Shown: in pieces, positions 35,967 through 38,390 of the stretch
How the letters are laid out: every line of letters starts with the position of its first letter
Position numbering within the stretch: position 1 is the stretch's first letter
NCBI GenBank assembly: GCA_030640395.1
Contig: DAOWJK010000011.1
Span: 1-38,390, forward strand
Reading direction: 5' to 3'
DNA length: 38,390 bases
From: Nanobdellota archaeon
GTDB taxonomy: Archaea > Nanobdellota > Nanobdellia > Pacearchaeales > GW2011-AR1
The notes under the pieces: model-generated
The model's database searches: none
The model's input: only the letters and a program-made list of their open reading frames with translations
What the model was told of the DNA's origin: nothing
Made by a program: the position numbers and the translations under genes

Positions 35967-36932
35967 ATGAAAAAATTAAAATTAGATAAAATAGATAGGA
36001 AATTGCTCAGTTATATTTTCCATAATTTTAGAACACCTATAACACAGATTGCGAAAAAATGCAGAATTTCAAGAGAACAGGCAGAATACAGAATTAAAAA
36101 ATACGAGAAATCTGGATTAATTAATAAATATCTTGCTGGAATTAATTTGCACGCACTTGGTTATGACAAAAATTATATTATTAAATTAAGGGTGAAAAAT
36201 CCCCAGATAAAAAAATTAGCAGAAATAGATAATCTAAAAAACATTTTAATATTCACGCGGGTGTCTTGTTATGGGCAATGGGATTACATGGTGTCGGTTT
36301 TTGCGAAAGATAAAACAAGTATTTTAGAATTTATTTCTTATCTTTATGAATTATGGAAACATGAATTATCAGACTATGAAATTCTTGAGCCAATTGAAAT
36401 CCATTATTTCCCGTTAAAAATTTTTGGAAAAACAGAACATGATAAAACTTTAAGTTATACAGAAAGCAGACAAATTGTTTTAGATGATTTAGATAAAAAA
36501 ATATTATCTATCCTTGCAGAAAATGCAAACATAAAAATTGTTGAATTAGCGCACAAAGTTAACTCAAAAATTGAAACAATAAATTATCGTCTAAAGCGTA
36601 TTGAAAAAAATATGATTCTTGGTTACAGAATTTTTCTTAATCTTGATGTAATTGGATATAATTTAACTTTAATGAATATTAAGATGAATAATTTGTCCAA
36701 GTCCTTTCAAAATAAACTTCTAACTTATGCTAAACAAAGAGACAGAGTTCATGCTTTTTCTTTAAGCGTTGGAAAATTCAGCACCGCATTTCAGATAATT
36801 TATAAAAATTCTGAAGAACTTAAAAAAGAAATTAATAAAATAAAAGAAACTTTTGCAGAGAATTTAATTGAATATGAATTAATTAATATTGAAAAAGAGT
36901 TAAATCCCAAGATGTTGCCTGATATTTTTTAG
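35967..36932 (+). CDS. Tandem (double) Lrp/AsnC transcriptional regulator
   Basis: Two units: LDKIDRKLL...IAKKC.ISRE..EYRIKK and LDDLDKKIL.IL.ENA...ELA.......ETINYRLKR. Confidence 0.92.
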   Translation: MKKLKLDKIDRKLLSYIFHNFRTPITQIAKKCRISREQAEYRIKKYEKSGLINKYLAGINLHALGYDKNYIIKLRVKNPQIKKLAEIDNLKNILIFTRVSCYGQWDYMVSVFAKDKTSILEFISYLYELWKHELSDYEILEPIEIHYFPLKIFGKTEHDKTLSYTESRQIVLDDLDKKILSILAENANIKIVELAHKVNSKIETINYRLKRIEKNMILGYRIFLNLDVIGYNLTLMNIKMNNLSKSFQNKLLTYAKQRDRVHAFSLSVGKFSTAFQIIYKNSEELKKEINKIKETFAENLIEYELINIEKELNPKMLPDIF

Positions 36933-37873
36933 TCAGCTTTCAACAACCCCTCCTCCTTCATTTTATCCAAAACACTGCACATCATTAAAGGAAAAGTTAT
37001 GCAAACATCCCCATTAACTGTCGCTGCTTCTGCGTCGTCTTTTAATTTTCCCCATGACTTTGCTTCTTGTGTTGTTGCTCCACTTAAACTTCCTGACGAA
37101 GCGTGCGAAGTTGTCATATAAACAGCATAATCAAAACCTCCGCTTAACAAAGCTGCAAAAATTGCATAATGTTTTGAAGTGCTTCCTCCAAGAGAAATCA
37201 AGGCTTTTTTCTCATCAAAACTTAAATCAGTCACAACTCTCTGCATGTCCTGAATAGTATCTACAATAAAATCATCATGCTTTTGTTGAAACATAAATAA
37301 TTGAAACCCAAAACTTGAGTCAGCAATGCCCGGGCAATAAATTGGGATATTATTTTTCGCTGCCTGATACAGAATTGAATTTTCATCTTCAATTAATAGT
37401 CCAATTTCTTTTAATAATTCAGAAGTGGAAATTCGTTTTTGTTTTTTATAAATCTTTGATAAAAATTCGTTCATTTTATCTTCAAACTTCATATAACTTT
37501 CATTTCTTATTAACAAATTTCCAACTCTATTTTCTCCTCGTTCGTGCATTGCGGTATCATCTGCATAAAAATTCGAAAGTTCAAAATCTTCTCCAAAAGA
37601 TTTCATGATGTCTTCTTCAATTGCCCCTGAAGTTGTTACCAAAATATTTGAAATTTTGAGTTTGCATAATTGCGCGAAGAAACCCCGAAGTCCGGAAGTA
37701 ACCATATTAGAAGTAAATGTTAAAAAAACTTTAGCCCCTGCTCTTTTCATTTTTAAAACAACCTTCACAGCCTCATTTAATTCAATTGCCTGATACCCAA
37801 GAGAACCAAAACTATCCACACATTCTTTCACACTCATATTCGGCTTCCACAAAAAATCCTTTACTTTTTTCAT
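36929..37873 (-). CDS. dhs: Deoxyhypusine synthase family protein
   Basis: GYQA, TFTSNMVTSGLR, EED, ENRVGN, LGG..SKH, GSLSGA...EAKSWGK (catalytic Lys); start at ATG 37873 behind GGAGG. Confidence 0.93.
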   Translation of the reverse strand: MKKVKDFLWKPNMSVKECVDSFGSLGYQAIELNEAVKVVLKMKRAGAKVFLTFTSNMVTSGLRGFFAQLCKLKISNILVTTSGAIEEDIMKSFGEDFELSNFYADDTAMHERGENRVGNLLIRNESYMKFEDKMNEFLSKIYKKQKRISTSELLKEIGLLIEDENSILYQAAKNNIPIYCPGIADSSFGFQLFMFQQKHDDFIVDTIQDMQRVVTDLSFDEKKALISLGGSTSKHYAIFAALLSGGFDYAVYMTTSHASSGSLSGATTQEAKSWGKLKDDAEAATVNGDVCITFPLMMCSVLDKMKEEGLLKAD

Positions 37874-38152
37874 TTTTGGTTCCTCCAAAAAGGAAAACAT
37901 GAAAATCTTTTGTTCGAAACTGAAATTTCGGACAAATGAAAATTCTTGAATTTACTTTGATTTTCTTTTTTCATATTATTAATCTAAAATTTAATAAGGC
38001 AGAACTATTTTTATAAAATCGGTATTGCCAAACTCTCGCTAAACCATTGAATATTCATATTTTTTAAAAAATAAATTAGTTTTTAAGACTTTCTAAAAGT
38101 TATATTCCAGTATCAAAATCTTTTTAAACAAAAATCCCCAAGAAATATTACA

Positions 38153-38356
38153 ATGAATAAATGGATTGAACTCTTGGTTGGATTAATCTTAGTAAACGCC
38201 GTGATATTCTTTGCATGGTTTTCAGGTGAATGGTTCGGAGCATTCTGGAACTTCAAGCACGCCACATGGGAATTTCTCAAAGGCGGAGTAGTCTGGCTCT
38301 TATTAATGATAGGTTTTCTTTTGATTGTTTTGGGAATTAGCGATTTGAAAGATTAA
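38153..38356 (+). CDS. Small two-TM membrane protein
   Basis: Two hydrophobic helices ending GISDLKD; TATA-like sequence about 22 nt upstream. Confidence 0.8.
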   Translation: MNKWIELLVGLILVNAVIFFAWFSGEWFGAFWNFKHATWEFLKGGVVWLLLMIGFLLIVLGISDLKD

Positions 38357-38390
38357 TTTTAATTCTAAAGTATCCACTATGAATTAAAAA

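Overview
AT-rich archaeal chromosomal window with gene content and style typical of a DPANN archaeon (Pacearchaeota/Woesearchaeota-like; taxon is inferred). It carries translation factors (aIF2-beta, aIF1A, KH/Dim2), FtsZ, TYW3, two tRNA genes (Asn-GTT, Arg-TCG), and a dispersed tRNA-amidation set (gatA, gatC, non-discriminating aspS, gatE, gatD, gatB) plus proS. It also has HtrA, a DHH phosphoesterase, an ornithine-decarboxylase-like gene, deoxyhypusine synthase, several Cys-rich surface proteins and a RelE-type TA pair. Most genes look leaderless, with a TATA box ending about 21 nt before the ATG. The main discovery is a family of seven short double-hairpin elements (39-72 nt, all multiples of 3; + strand TGCCC-[stem-loop]-GGGTAC-[small hairpin]-GTG) inserted in frame into six housekeeping genes (tyw3, an MBL hydrolase, gatA twice, gatE, DHH, the decarboxylase). 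Precise removal restores normal-looking protein sequence. Related hairpin inserts occur inside aspS, at the aspS 3' end (where the C-terminal DRLTP-stop is encoded twice with different codons), in DUF424 and upstream of dhs. A separate ~175-nt structured element occurs twice, directly upstream of DUF424 and htrA, with one module in a different position. No transposase or CRISPR array was seen.
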